Source: Geobacter sulfurreducens PCA (GTDB lineage: Bacteria > Desulfobacterota > Desulfuromonadia > Geobacterales > Geobacteraceae). From it: DNA of 32,000 bases. The stretch lies in assembly GCF_000007985.2 (NCBI RefSeq), contig NC_002939.5, forward strand, positions 1,440,001-1,472,000, given 5' to 3'. A program made the translations under genes and the position numbers. Positions 17,783-25,277 of the stretch are shown piece by piece. Below the pieces are notes generated by a model. That model saw only the letters and a list, made by a program, of their open reading frames with translations, made no database searches and had not been told where the DNA came from. The stretch's first letter is position 1; every line of letters begins with the position of its first letter.

Positions 17783-20700
17783 ATGATCGAGAAAATCATC
17801 GAATATTCGGCCCGCAACCGGGTCATCATCCTCATGCTTTTTGCCCTGGTCATCGGCTGGGGGATCTGGGCCGTCTACAAGACGCCGGTGGATGCGATCC
17901 CCGACCTCTCCGACAACCAGGTGATCGTTTTCACCGACTTTCCCGGCCGCTCCCCCCAGGTGGTGGAGGACCAGGTGACCTATCCCCTGGCGGTGAACCT
18001 CCAGGGCCTTCCCCGGGTAAAGGCGGTGCGGGCGTCGTCGGCCTTCGGCTTTTCGATGATCTACGTGATCTTCGACGACAAGGCAGACATCTACTGGGCC
18101 CGGACCCGGGTGCTGGAGCGGCTGAACTACGCGGCCTCGCTCCTGCCCGCCGGCGTGGTGCCGACGCTGGGCCCCGACGGCACCGGCGTGGGGCACGTCT
18201 TCTGGTACACCTTGGAAGGGAAGGGGTACGACCTGGAACAGCTCCGGACCCTGCAGGACTGGTTCGTCCGCTACCAGCTCAACACCGTGCCCGGCGTGGC
18301 CGAGGTGGCCTCCATCGGCGGCTTTGTCCGCGAATACCAAGTCGACCTGGACCCCCACAAGCTCTTTGCCTATAACATCAAGGTCTCCGACGTGATGGAG
18401 GCGATCAAGGCGGCCAACAACGACGTGGGAGGCCGCCTGCTGGAACAGGCCGATGCCGAGTACCTGATCCGGGGCCGGGGCTACGTCAAGTCGCCCGCGG
18501 ACATCGAAAACATCGTGGTCACCGCCGACATGCGCGGCACCCCGGTCTACGTTAAGAACCTCGGCACCGTCCAGATGGGGGGCGCCATCCGCCGTGGACT
18601 CCTGGACCTGAACGGCGAGGGCGAGGTCGTCGGCGGGATCGTGGTCATGCGCTACGGCGAGAACGCCAAGGACGTCATCGATCGGGTGAAGGAGAAGATC
18701 ACCGCCCTGGAGAAGGGGCTGCCGCCGGGGGTGAAGATCAAGACCGCCTACGACCGCTCCGACCTGATCGAGCGGGCGATCCATACCCTCAAGCGGGCCC
18801 TGACCGAAGAATCCATTGTCGTCTCCCTGGTGGTGCTCGTGTTCCTGCTCCATTTCCAGAGCGCCCTGGTGATCGTCCTGACCCTGCCCATCGCGGTGCT
18901 CATCGCCTTCATCACCATGAAGCTCATGGGAGTCAGCTCCAACATCATGTCCCTGGGAGGGATCGCCATCGCCATCGGCGTGCTGGTGGACGCCGGGGTC
19001 ATCATGGTGGAGAACTGCTACCGCCACCTGTCCGAACTGCCCGAGGAGGAGCGGAAGGCGCGGCGGCTTGAGGTGATCATCGCCAGCGCCAAACAGGTGG
19101 GACGGGCCATCTTCTTCTCCCTGGCCATCATCGTCCTCTCCTTCGTGCCGGTCTTTCTCCTGGAGGGACAGGAGGGGAAACTCTTCCATCCCCTGGCCTT
19201 CACCAAGACCTTCTCCATGGTGGGCTCGGCCCTGATCGCCATCACCCTGGTGCCGGTTCTCATGTATTTCTTCATGCGGGGCAAGATGCCGCTGGAGAGC
19301 GCCAACCCGGTTTCCCGCTTCTTCATCCGGCTCTACGGGCCGGTGATCAGGTGGTGCCTGAAGTGGAAAAAGACGGTCATCGCCCTGAACATGGTGGCTC
19401 TGCTCGTTGCCGTGCCCCTCTACATGAAGCTGGGCTCCGAGTTCATGCCGCCCCTGGATGAGGGGTCGCTCCTCTACATGCCGGTGACCCTCCCCAACGT
19501 CTCCATCACGGAGGCCAAGCGGATCATCCAGGTCCAGGATGCCGTCATCAAGAGCCACCCCGAGGTGGAGCTGGTGCTCGGCAAGGTGGGGCGGGCCGAA
19601 ACCTCCACCGACCCGGCGCCGGTCTCCATGTTCGAGTCGATCATCATCCTTAAGCCCAAGGATACATGGCGGCCCGGCATCACCAAGAACGACATCGTCA
19701 GCGAGCTGGACGCCAGGCTGCAGCAGATCGGGGTGCGCAACGGCTGGACCCAGCCGATCATCAACCGGATCAACATGCTCTCCACCGGGGTGCGGACCGA
19801 CCTGGGGCTCAAGATCTTCGGCAACGACCTGAACGTCCTGCGCGATCTGGCGGTGCAGGCGGAAGGAATTCTCAAGGGGGTCAACGGCGCGGCGGACGTG
19901 GTGGCCGAGCGGGTCACCGGCGGCAACTACCTGGACATTGATATCGACCGCGAGGCGGCGGCCCGCTATGGAGTCAAGGTAGCCGACGTGCAGGAGGTGA
20001 TCGCCACGGCCCTGGGAGGCGAGACGCTCACCACCGCCGTTGACGGCCGCAACCGCTTCCCGATTCGGCTCCGCTACCTGCGCGACTACCGGGACAGCAT
20101 CCCGGCCATTCAGCGCATCCTCGTTTCCGGCATGGGCGGTGCCCAAGTGCCCCTGTCCCAGGTAACCAAGCTCAAGGTCTCCACCGGCGCGCCGGAGATC
20201 GCCAGCGAGGGGGGACTGCTCCGCTCCATCGTCTTCCTCAACGTCCGGGGCCGCGACATGGGGAGCTTCATGAAGGATGCCCAGGCCGTGGTCGAGAAGC
20301 AGCTGAAGCTGCCGCCGGGCTACTATGTGTCCTGGTCGGGGCAGTGGGAGAACCAGGTGCGGGCCAAGGCGCGGCTCCAGGTCCTGATCCCGGCCGGAAT
20401 CGTGATCATCTTCATCCTGCTCTACTTCACCTTCCACTCGGCCCTGGAGGCGAGCATGGTGATGCTCTCGGTTCCCTTCGCCCTGGTGGGCGGGGTCTAC
20501 CTGGTGGCCGCGCTCGGGTATAACATGTCGGTGGCGGTCTGGGTCGGCTTCATCGCCCTCTACGGCGTGGCCGTGGAAACCGGAGTGGTGATGGTCATTT
20601 ATCTGCACGAGGCCCTGGACAAAAAACTCATGGCCGGTCCGGTGACAGAGCAGGACATCTACGACGCCACCTACGAGGGGGCGGTGCTCCGCCTGCGGCC

Positions 20701-20920
20701 CAAGCTCATGACCGTGGCGGTGGCTCTCATGGGGCTTGTGCCGATCATGTGGTCCAGCGGCACCGGCGCCGACGTCATGAAACCCATCGCGGCACCCATG
20801 ATCGGCGGCATGATTTCCTCCGCCATCCACGTGCTGATCATGACGCCGGTCATCTTCGTGCTGATGAAAAAGCACGATCTGAAGAAGGGAAAGCTGAAGT
20901 ATTCGGGAATGAAGCACTAA
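17783..20920 (+). CDS. cusA: Heavy-metal efflux RND pump, CusA-type (Cu(I)/Ag(I))
   Basis: 1045 aa, 12-TM RND layout. The TM4 segment GIAIAIGVLVDAGVIMVEN resembles the CusA signature more than the CzcA-type DFGxxxDGAxxxxEN (from memory of these families). Confidence 0.93.
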   Translation: MIEKIIEYSARNRVIILMLFALVIGWGIWAVYKTPVDAIPDLSDNQVIVFTDFPGRSPQVVEDQVTYPLAVNLQGLPRVKAVRASSAFGFSMIYVIFDDKADIYWARTRVLERLNYAASLLPAGVVPTLGPDGTGVGHVFWYTLEGKGYDLEQLRTLQDWFVRYQLNTVPGVAEVASIGGFVREYQVDLDPHKLFAYNIKVSDVMEAIKAANNDVGGRLLEQADAEYLIRGRGYVKSPADIENIVVTADMRGTPVYVKNLGTVQMGGAIRRGLLDLNGEGEVVGGIVVMRYGENAKDVIDRVKEKITALEKGLPPGVKIKTAYDRSDLIERAIHTLKRALTEESIVVSLVVLVFLLHFQSALVIVLTLPIAVLIAFITMKLMGVSSNIMSLGGIAIAIGVLVDAGVIMVENCYRHLSELPEEERKARRLEVIIASAKQVGRAIFFSLAIIVLSFVPVFLLEGQEGKLFHPLAFTKTFSMVGSALIAITLVPVLMYFFMRGKMPLESANPVSRFFIRLYGPVIRWCLKWKKTVIALNMVALLVAVPLYMKLGSEFMPPLDEGSLLYMPVTLPNVSITEAKRIIQVQDAVIKSHPEVELVLGKVGRAETSTDPAPVSMFESIIILKPKDTWRPGITKNDIVSELDARLQQIGVRNGWTQPIINRINMLSTGVRTDLGLKIFGNDLNVLRDLAVQAEGILKGVNGAADVVAERVTGGNYLDIDIDREAAARYGVKVADVQEVIATALGGETLTTAVDGRNRFPIRLRYLRDYRDSIPAIQRILVSGMGGAQVPLSQVTKLKVSTGAPEIASEGGLLRSIVFLNVRGRDMGSFMKDAQAVVEKQLKLPPGYYVSWSGQWENQVRAKARLQVLIPAGIVIIFILLYFTFHSALEASMVMLSVPFALVGGVYLVAALGYNMSVAVWVGFIALYGVAVETGVVMVIYLHEALDKKLMAGPVTEQDIYDATYEGAVLRLRPKLMTVAVALMGLVPIMWSSGTGADVMKPIAAPMIGGMISSAIHVLIMTPVIFVLMKKHDLKKGKLKYSGMKH

Positions 20921-20955
20921 GCGAAATCAACACCACGAAAAAAGGAGAACGCATC

Positions 20956-21429
20956 ATGAAGAAACTTGCAGTTATCATCGCGGTTGCAGCGCTCGCCCTG
21001 GCGGCGCCCCTCACGGTTATGGCCGCTGACCACGGCAAGGGGGGTATGAAGCATGGCGACCATGCCGATCACGGCACCGCGGCTCACGAAGAAGTGGTCG
21101 ACGGCGTCAAGGCTACCTTCAAGATCATGAGCATGGCCGAGCACATGAAAGCCATGAACATGGAATTGCCCAAGGGAATGAAGGAGACCCATCACATTGC
21201 CGTGGAGTTCAAGGATGCCAAAACCGGCAAGGCCATTACCCAGGGCGAGGTGAACCTGAAGGTCCAGGGGCCGGATAACAAGGCCCAGACCAAGGCGCTG
21301 ATGGCAATGCAGGGACACTTCGGCGCCGACTTCGACCTCTCCAAAAAGGGGAAATACGGCATCATGAGCAAGTTCAAGGTGAAGGACGGCACGGTGCGCA
21401 GCGCCAGGTTCTGGTACGAAGTGAAGTAG
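20956..21429 (+). CDS. Secreted His/Met-rich putative metal-binding protein (157 aa), last gene of the efflux operon
   Basis: Track ORF 20749-21429 is over-extended. ATG 20956 follows AAAGGAG. Signal peptide MKKLAVIIAVAALALAAPLTVMA. HGKGGMKHGDHADHGTAAHEE, MSMAEHMKAMNM, MAMQGHFGADF. Only 35 nt after cusA. Confidence 0.7.
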   Translation: MKKLAVIIAVAALALAAPLTVMAADHGKGGMKHGDHADHGTAAHEEVVDGVKATFKIMSMAEHMKAMNMELPKGMKETHHIAVEFKDAKTGKAITQGEVNLKVQGPDNKAQTKALMAMQGHFGADFDLSKKGKYGIMSKFKVKDGTVRSARFWYEVK

Positions 21430-21450
21430 GGAAGGGCGCCGGAAGGTAAC

Positions 21451-21491
21451 AATGACGAAAGCCCCCGCGTGAAGCAGGGGCTTTCGTCATT
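21451..21491. terminator. 15-bp perfect hairpin between convergent genes (probable bidirectional terminator, no strong U-tract)
   Basis: AATGACGAAAGCCCC-cgcgtgaagca-GGGGCTTTCGTCATT. Confidence 0.55.
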
Positions 21492-21501
21492 GCGGAACGG
21501 T

Positions 21502-22941
21502 TCAGCGCAGGTGCTTCGAGGTGGTCAGCACCGATCCCGACACGGTGCCGTTGATGGTCTTGACGGTAACGGCGGTTCCCCTGGCAAAGGCGGGGCTCGT
21601 GGCGACGATGCGCGTGGGAGACCAGGAGATGACCGTTGCTTCGGTTGTGCCGGCAAAGATGCCGAGTCCCGCTTTGTAGCCGGTGGGTGGCGCAGGGCCG
21701 AAGCCGCTGCCCGTGATGGTGAGGGTCCCGGCGGCGCCGAGCGTGATCCGGCTGATCCGCAGCGGCGGCACCACCGTCAGGGTGGCCCGGTTGCTCTGCT
21801 TGTCGCTCTTGACCACCCGCAGCGTATAGTTGCCCGCGGTCAGGGCCGGCAGCAGAATACGGATTTCACGGTCGGTAATGGCGGCCGGTTGGATGGTCAC
21901 CGGCGACCGGCCGTTGTCGAGGACAACCACTGACGAGTAGGTCTGGCCGTCCCCGCCGACATTGACGAAGCCCGAACCCGTGAGGGTCAGGTTCCGGGCG
22001 CTGCCGGCCGGAAGGGTGTACGCGCTCTGCTCCTTCAGGTAGGGGACCGTTGCGGACCAGGGGCCGGCGGAGGCCGCCAGCCACGAAACCTCAAGCCATG
22101 AATAGTGGCAGCCAATGCAGTCCCAGTTGCTCCCCACGTGCCCCCACCCCGCTTGCTCCTTGAACGGGACGATGATGCCGATATTCTCGGCCGTGGGGGA
22201 GTCCATCTGGATGTTGTGGAGCGTGTCCGGCCCGTGGCAGGCCTCGCAGCTCCGGATAGTGGTGCTTGCCGGGTCGGATCCGGGGTGGCAGACCGCGCAG
22301 TCCAGCTGGGTCGCGTGGTGGGTGTCGGCGTTGTCGAACACCGGCCTGACCACGCCGGTCCGGGGATCGACGGCCGTCGGGTCCGCCTGGTGGCAGGCGG
22401 CGCATCCGTTGACGGTGATCGTTTTACCGGTCACCGGGTCCTTGACGTCATAACCGTGGTGATGGGGCGCCATGGAGCCGCCGAGGTCATAGGAAGGTAT
22501 ATAGTGGCCGTCGCCGGGATTGTCGACGAAGCTGCCGTGGCAGGACTTGCAGTCGAGCTGGAGGGCCGCCCGGGTCGAATGGTGGGGGGACGACACGTGG
22601 CAGGCGCCGCAGGTGCGGAAGTCCTGGAGGGTATACCCCCCCGAGCCGTCGGGGATGAGCACGTGGCATCCGTTGGCCAGGCTGGCCGGGTTTCCGGTGT
22701 AGTTGACGCAACTGACCGGCGGGGTGGTCGTGTTGATGAGGGCGTGGTGCCGGAAGGCGATGGTGTCGCTGCCCGTGTGGCAGACGGTGCAGTCCTCCGT
22801 GGACTGAAAGCTGGGAACGGTGTCGAACATCCCCAGGTACTGATTGGCGGGCGGAGGCAGCACCTGTGACCAGGAGATGGAAGCGAGGGCCGCCACCCCT
22901 GCCGCTGCCGACAATATGCCCCACAGACTCGGTAACGCCAT
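21502..22941 (-). CDS. Secreted multihaem c-type cytochrome (7 CXXCH + 1 CX13CH) with two C-terminal IPT/TIG-like Ig-fold domains
   Basis: 479 aa. Signal peptide MALPSLWGILSAAAGVAALASISWSQ. CTVCH, CGACH, CKSCH, CAACH, CAVCH, CEACH, CIGCH, plus C78-X13-C92H93. C-terminal repeats NLTLTGSGF... and TLTITGSGFG... RBS GGAGGAA. Confidence 0.9.
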   Translation of the reverse strand: MALPSLWGILSAAAGVAALASISWSQVLPPPANQYLGMFDTVPSFQSTEDCTVCHTGSDTIAFRHHALINTTTPPVSCVNYTGNPASLANGCHVLIPDGSGGYTLQDFRTCGACHVSSPHHSTRAALQLDCKSCHGSFVDNPGDGHYIPSYDLGGSMAPHHHGYDVKDPVTGKTITVNGCAACHQADPTAVDPRTGVVRPVFDNADTHHATQLDCAVCHPGSDPASTTIRSCEACHGPDTLHNIQMDSPTAENIGIIVPFKEQAGWGHVGSNWDCIGCHYSWLEVSWLAASAGPWSATVPYLKEQSAYTLPAGSARNLTLTGSGFVNVGGDGQTYSSVVVLDNGRSPVTIQPAAITDREIRILLPALTAGNYTLRVVKSDKQSNRATLTVVPPLRISRITLGAAGTLTITGSGFGPAPPTGYKAGLGIFAGTTEATVISWSPTRIVATSPAFARGTAVTVKTINGTVSGSVLTTSKHLR

Positions 22942-22986
22942 GACCGTTCCTCCTGAACGAGAGTCGGCGCCGGTGCCGTCGGATCG

Positions 22987-23016
22987 GACCGCCCCTCCGT
23001 CGGAGAAGGGGCGGTC
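22987..23016 (-). other. Very stable GC-rich stem-loop in the 5' leader of the cytochrome gene
   Basis: GACCGCCCCTTC-tccgac-GGAGGGGCGGTC (about 12 bp including one G-U), 45 nt upstream of ATG 22941. No U-tract on either strand. Confidence 0.5.
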
Positions 23017-23110
23017 TCTGTAACATCATGGAATCACGAGCGTATCAGCAGGTGGTCGGGGAGGGTGAGAGGGTGAGGTAACATGCCGATTTAACGCCCG
23101 AATCGCTAAC

Positions 23111-23138
23111 AGTGTACCGGCGGCACCTTTGCTGTCAA
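23111..23138 (-). promoter_or_regulatory. Candidate sigma-70 promoter for the cytochrome gene (TTGACA-16 nt-TACACT)
   Basis: Perfect -35 TTGACA (23138-23133) with a weaker -10 TACACT (23116-23111). Lies between the TerC stop and the cytochrome start. Confidence 0.4.
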
Positions 23139-23174
23139 GCGAAAAGTATCTGCCGGAGCGACGGGACGTCGGCA

Positions 23175-23912
23175 TCACTCCGTGTAGGGCTGGTGCAGCT
23201 TGACCGGTTTTCCTTTCGCACGCATCTTCATGTTGAGCATCTCGACCCCCACGGAGAAGGCCATGGCAAAGTAGATGTACCCCTTGGGAATGTGCATGTC
23301 GAGGCCGTCCCCGATGAGCGCCACCCCGATCAGGATGAGGAAGGAGAGGGCAAGCATCTTGATGGTCGGGTGCGAATCCACGAAGGCGCTGATCTTGCCG
23401 GCGAAGAGCATCATGAACCCAACGGCGATGACTACGGCCGCCACCATGACCGCCAGCTGGTTGGCCATGCCGATGGCGGTGATGATCGAGTCGAGAGAGA
23501 ACACGATGTCCAGCAGAAGGATCTGGAAGATGATGGCCCCGAAGGACGCCGCTGCCTTGACCGTACCGTGGCTTTCGGCCCCTTCCAGCTTGTCGTGGAT
23601 CTCCATGGTGCTCTTGGCCAGGAGGAAGAGGCCGCCGGCGATCAGGATCAGATCGCGGCCGGAAATATCCGTTTCCAGCACCGACAGCAGCGGCTCCGTG
23701 AGTCCCATGAGCCAGGCGAGGGAGAACAGCAGCGCCACCCGCGTGAACATGGCCAGGCCCAGGCCGGTGAGGCGGGCCTTTTCCTGCTGTTCCGCCGGCA
23801 GTTTGGATGAAAGGATTGAGATGAAGATGATGTTGTCGATGCCCAGGACGATCTCCAGGGCGGTGAGGGTGGCCAGGGCAAGCCAGGCCTGGGGGTCGGT
23901 CAATAATTCCAT
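23175..23912 (-). CDS. TerC family integral membrane protein (YkoY/Alx-type, putative Mn/metal exporter)
   Basis: 245 aa. N-terminal signature ALEIVLGIDNIIFISIL and second repeat LLLDIVFSLDSIITAIG, about 7 TM helices. Preceded by a yybP-ykoY riboswitch. Confidence 0.92.
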   Translation of the reverse strand: MELLTDPQAWLALATLTALEIVLGIDNIIFISILSSKLPAEQQEKARLTGLGLAMFTRVALLFSLAWLMGLTEPLLSVLETDISGRDLILIAGGLFLLAKSTMEIHDKLEGAESHGTVKAAASFGAIIFQILLLDIVFSLDSIITAIGMANQLAVMVAAVVIAVGFMMLFAGKISAFVDSHPTIKMLALSFLILIGVALIGDGLDMHIPKGYIYFAMAFSVGVEMLNMKMRAKGKPVKLHQPYTE

Positions 23913-23948
23913 TGATCCATGTCTCCTTTGTCAATAACGCCGGGGCAC

Positions 23949-24090
23949 AAAAAAACCTCTACCTCCGGCTCTGTGAGCTCGTCAGGTAAAGGTCTTGCCT
24001 GCCGGAAACAAAGGCCCCACGCCCGGGCAGCGATGCCGTCTTGGCGGACGATGGGTCGGCCCCTGTGGGACCGATGGCTACTCCCCTTTA
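23949..24090 (-). promoter_or_regulatory. yybP-ykoY (Mn2+) riboswitch: aptamer about 24090-23986 plus intrinsic terminator 23992-23949
   Basis: Minus strand reads AAAGGGGAGTAGCC ... GGCAGGCAAGACCTTTAC. This matches the conserved 5' AAAGGGGAGUAGC and 3' GCAAGACCUUU of the class (compared from memory with the L. lactis/E. coli examples). It is followed by CCTTTACCT-N19-AGGTAGAGG-TTTTTTT. Confidence 0.85.
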
Positions 24091-24102
24091 CGGAACGGGG
24101 AA

Positions 24103-24132
24103 ACTATACGCAACCGGTTCGAGGGATGTCAA
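24103..24132 (-). promoter_or_regulatory. Sigma-70 promoter driving the riboswitch/TerC transcript (TTGACA-18 nt-TATAGT)
   Basis: Perfect -35 TTGACA (24132-24127), -10 TATAGT (24108-24103), about 12 nt upstream of the aptamer 5' end. Confidence 0.6.
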
Positions 24133-24239
24133 TCATGAAATTGCCGGGTTCCAGCCCTCCGGCCGCAGGATCTTTTCTTGAATTCGGTCAATGCTTTGCT
24201 CTATTCTGTAAATTCGTACACATCTCAGGGAGGGTAGCG

Positions 24240-25106
24240 ATGAACATCAGAACGATGACGGCAGTGGCGGCAGTCCTCTCGGTAGCGGCGGTTGCAGGTT
24301 GCGGCGGCGGTGGCGGCCAGTCGGCGGCGCCCCAGACGACCATCAGCGGCACGGTGGCGGACGGCTACCTCTTCAAGGCCGAGGTGTTCCTGGACCGGAA
24401 CGGCAACTATCAGCAGGATTCGGGCGAACCGGCCACGACCACCGATGTGAACGGCAGATTCTCCCTGGCGATCACCCCGGGCGAGGAAGCGCTCTACCCG
24501 GTGGTGGCCCGCGCGGTTGGTTCCAACACCTATGACATGGACGCCCCGGCCCAGCCCCTGACCCAGGGCTACATCCTCACGGCCCCCCGGGGAATGCACG
24601 GCTTCATCAGTCCCATCTCCACCCTGCTGCGCGAGAAGTACGAAACCGGCAACTATGCATCCGTCAGCGATGCCATGCACGAGATCCGGCAGCAACTGGG
24701 CCTCACGGTCCTGAACCCAGCCAGCGCTGTCCTGTCCACGGACGATTTCGTGGCACTGTCCGGCTCCACGAACACGACGACCCACACCGAATATCAGAGG
24801 GTCCGGACCGTGGCCGGGGTGATCGCGGACCTCATGGCCGGGCAGATCTCCTCCGATGCGGCCGTCAACGTCAACCGGTACCGCTACATCATGGGGCGGA
24901 TCAACCTGAGTCTGCCCCAACTCTGCTTCGAGGCCACCCAGAGCGCCAACCCCGACGTGGCGAACATGCGGACGCGCTACATCGGCACCATCCCGGGCAC
25001 CTTCGTCAACATGACGGGCATGTTCCGCAACATGACCACGACCACCTTCTGGAACCTGTCGGGCTCCACCATGGTCCCCCGCAACCGGGGCGGCATGATG
25101 CGCTGA
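24240..25106 (+). CDS. Hypothetical lipoprotein (288 aa) with Met-rich C-terminal tail
   Basis: Track ORF 23919-25106 overlaps the riboswitch and is over-extended. ATG 24240 follows AGGGAGGG. Lipobox AVAGCGGGGG. N-terminal segment ISGTVADGYL..AEVFLDRNGN...TDVNGRFSL resembles a carboxypeptidase-regulatory-like beta domain. Tail NMTGMFRNMTTTT...GGMMR. Confidence 0.7.
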   Translation: MNIRTMTAVAAVLSVAAVAGCGGGGGQSAAPQTTISGTVADGYLFKAEVFLDRNGNYQQDSGEPATTTDVNGRFSLAITPGEEALYPVVARAVGSNTYDMDAPAQPLTQGYILTAPRGMHGFISPISTLLREKYETGNYASVSDAMHEIRQQLGLTVLNPASAVLSTDDFVALSGSTNTTTHTEYQRVRTVAGVIADLMAGQISSDAAVNVNRYRYIMGRINLSLPQLCFEATQSANPDVANMRTRYIGTIPGTFVNMTGMFRNMTTTTFWNLSGSTMVPRNRGGMMR

Positions 25107-25133
25107 CCCGCGCCTGTCGCCGGCGTTTCGACG

Positions 25134-25168
25134 GGGCCGTTTCCTTTGGGGAGCGGCCCTGTTTTGTT
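25134..25168 (+). terminator. Probable intrinsic terminator after the lipoprotein gene
   Basis: GGGCCG-N14-CGGCCC followed by TGTTTTGTT. Confidence 0.45.
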
Positions 25169-25207
25169 GCAGAATAGTCCACAGGCTTTCTGGAGATTAT
25201 TCTGCAA
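25167..25207. promoter_or_regulatory. 41-bp inverted repeat TTGCAGAATA-N21-TATTCTGCAA (candidate enhancer/UAS for a sigma-54 activator)
   Basis: Perfect 10-nt arms (the stem extends to about 13 bp). Centre is about 92 bp upstream of the -24 element at 25279. Confidence 0.45.
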
Positions 25208-25249
25208 TCTCCTCCCCGTGATATGTTTCCCCACTTTTAGTTGTTGATA

Positions 25250-25262
25250 AATCAATGGATTA
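25250..25262 (+). promoter_or_regulatory. IHF-consensus site AATCAATGGATTA (WATCAANNNNTTR)
   Basis: Exact match to the IHF core consensus, located between the inverted repeat and the -24/-12 element. Confidence 0.35.
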
Positions 25263-25277
25263 CGCAAGCGGGCACAC

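Noticed and set aside
17627-20917. 1096-aa ORF on the minus strand
   Set aside because: It lies exactly antisense to the clearly recognisable CusA-type RND pump. The translation is His/Gly/Asp/Arg/Pro-rich low complexity with no motifs. It is a typical shadow ORF of a GC-rich gene.
22942-23110. Possible GEMM-I (c-di-GMP/cGAMP) riboswitch in the cytochrome leader
   Set aside because: I could not find the conserved GEMM-I elements (the GCAAA/ACGCAAAGC-type motifs and paired P1/P2 tetraloop-receptor layout). Only a single GC hairpin is present.
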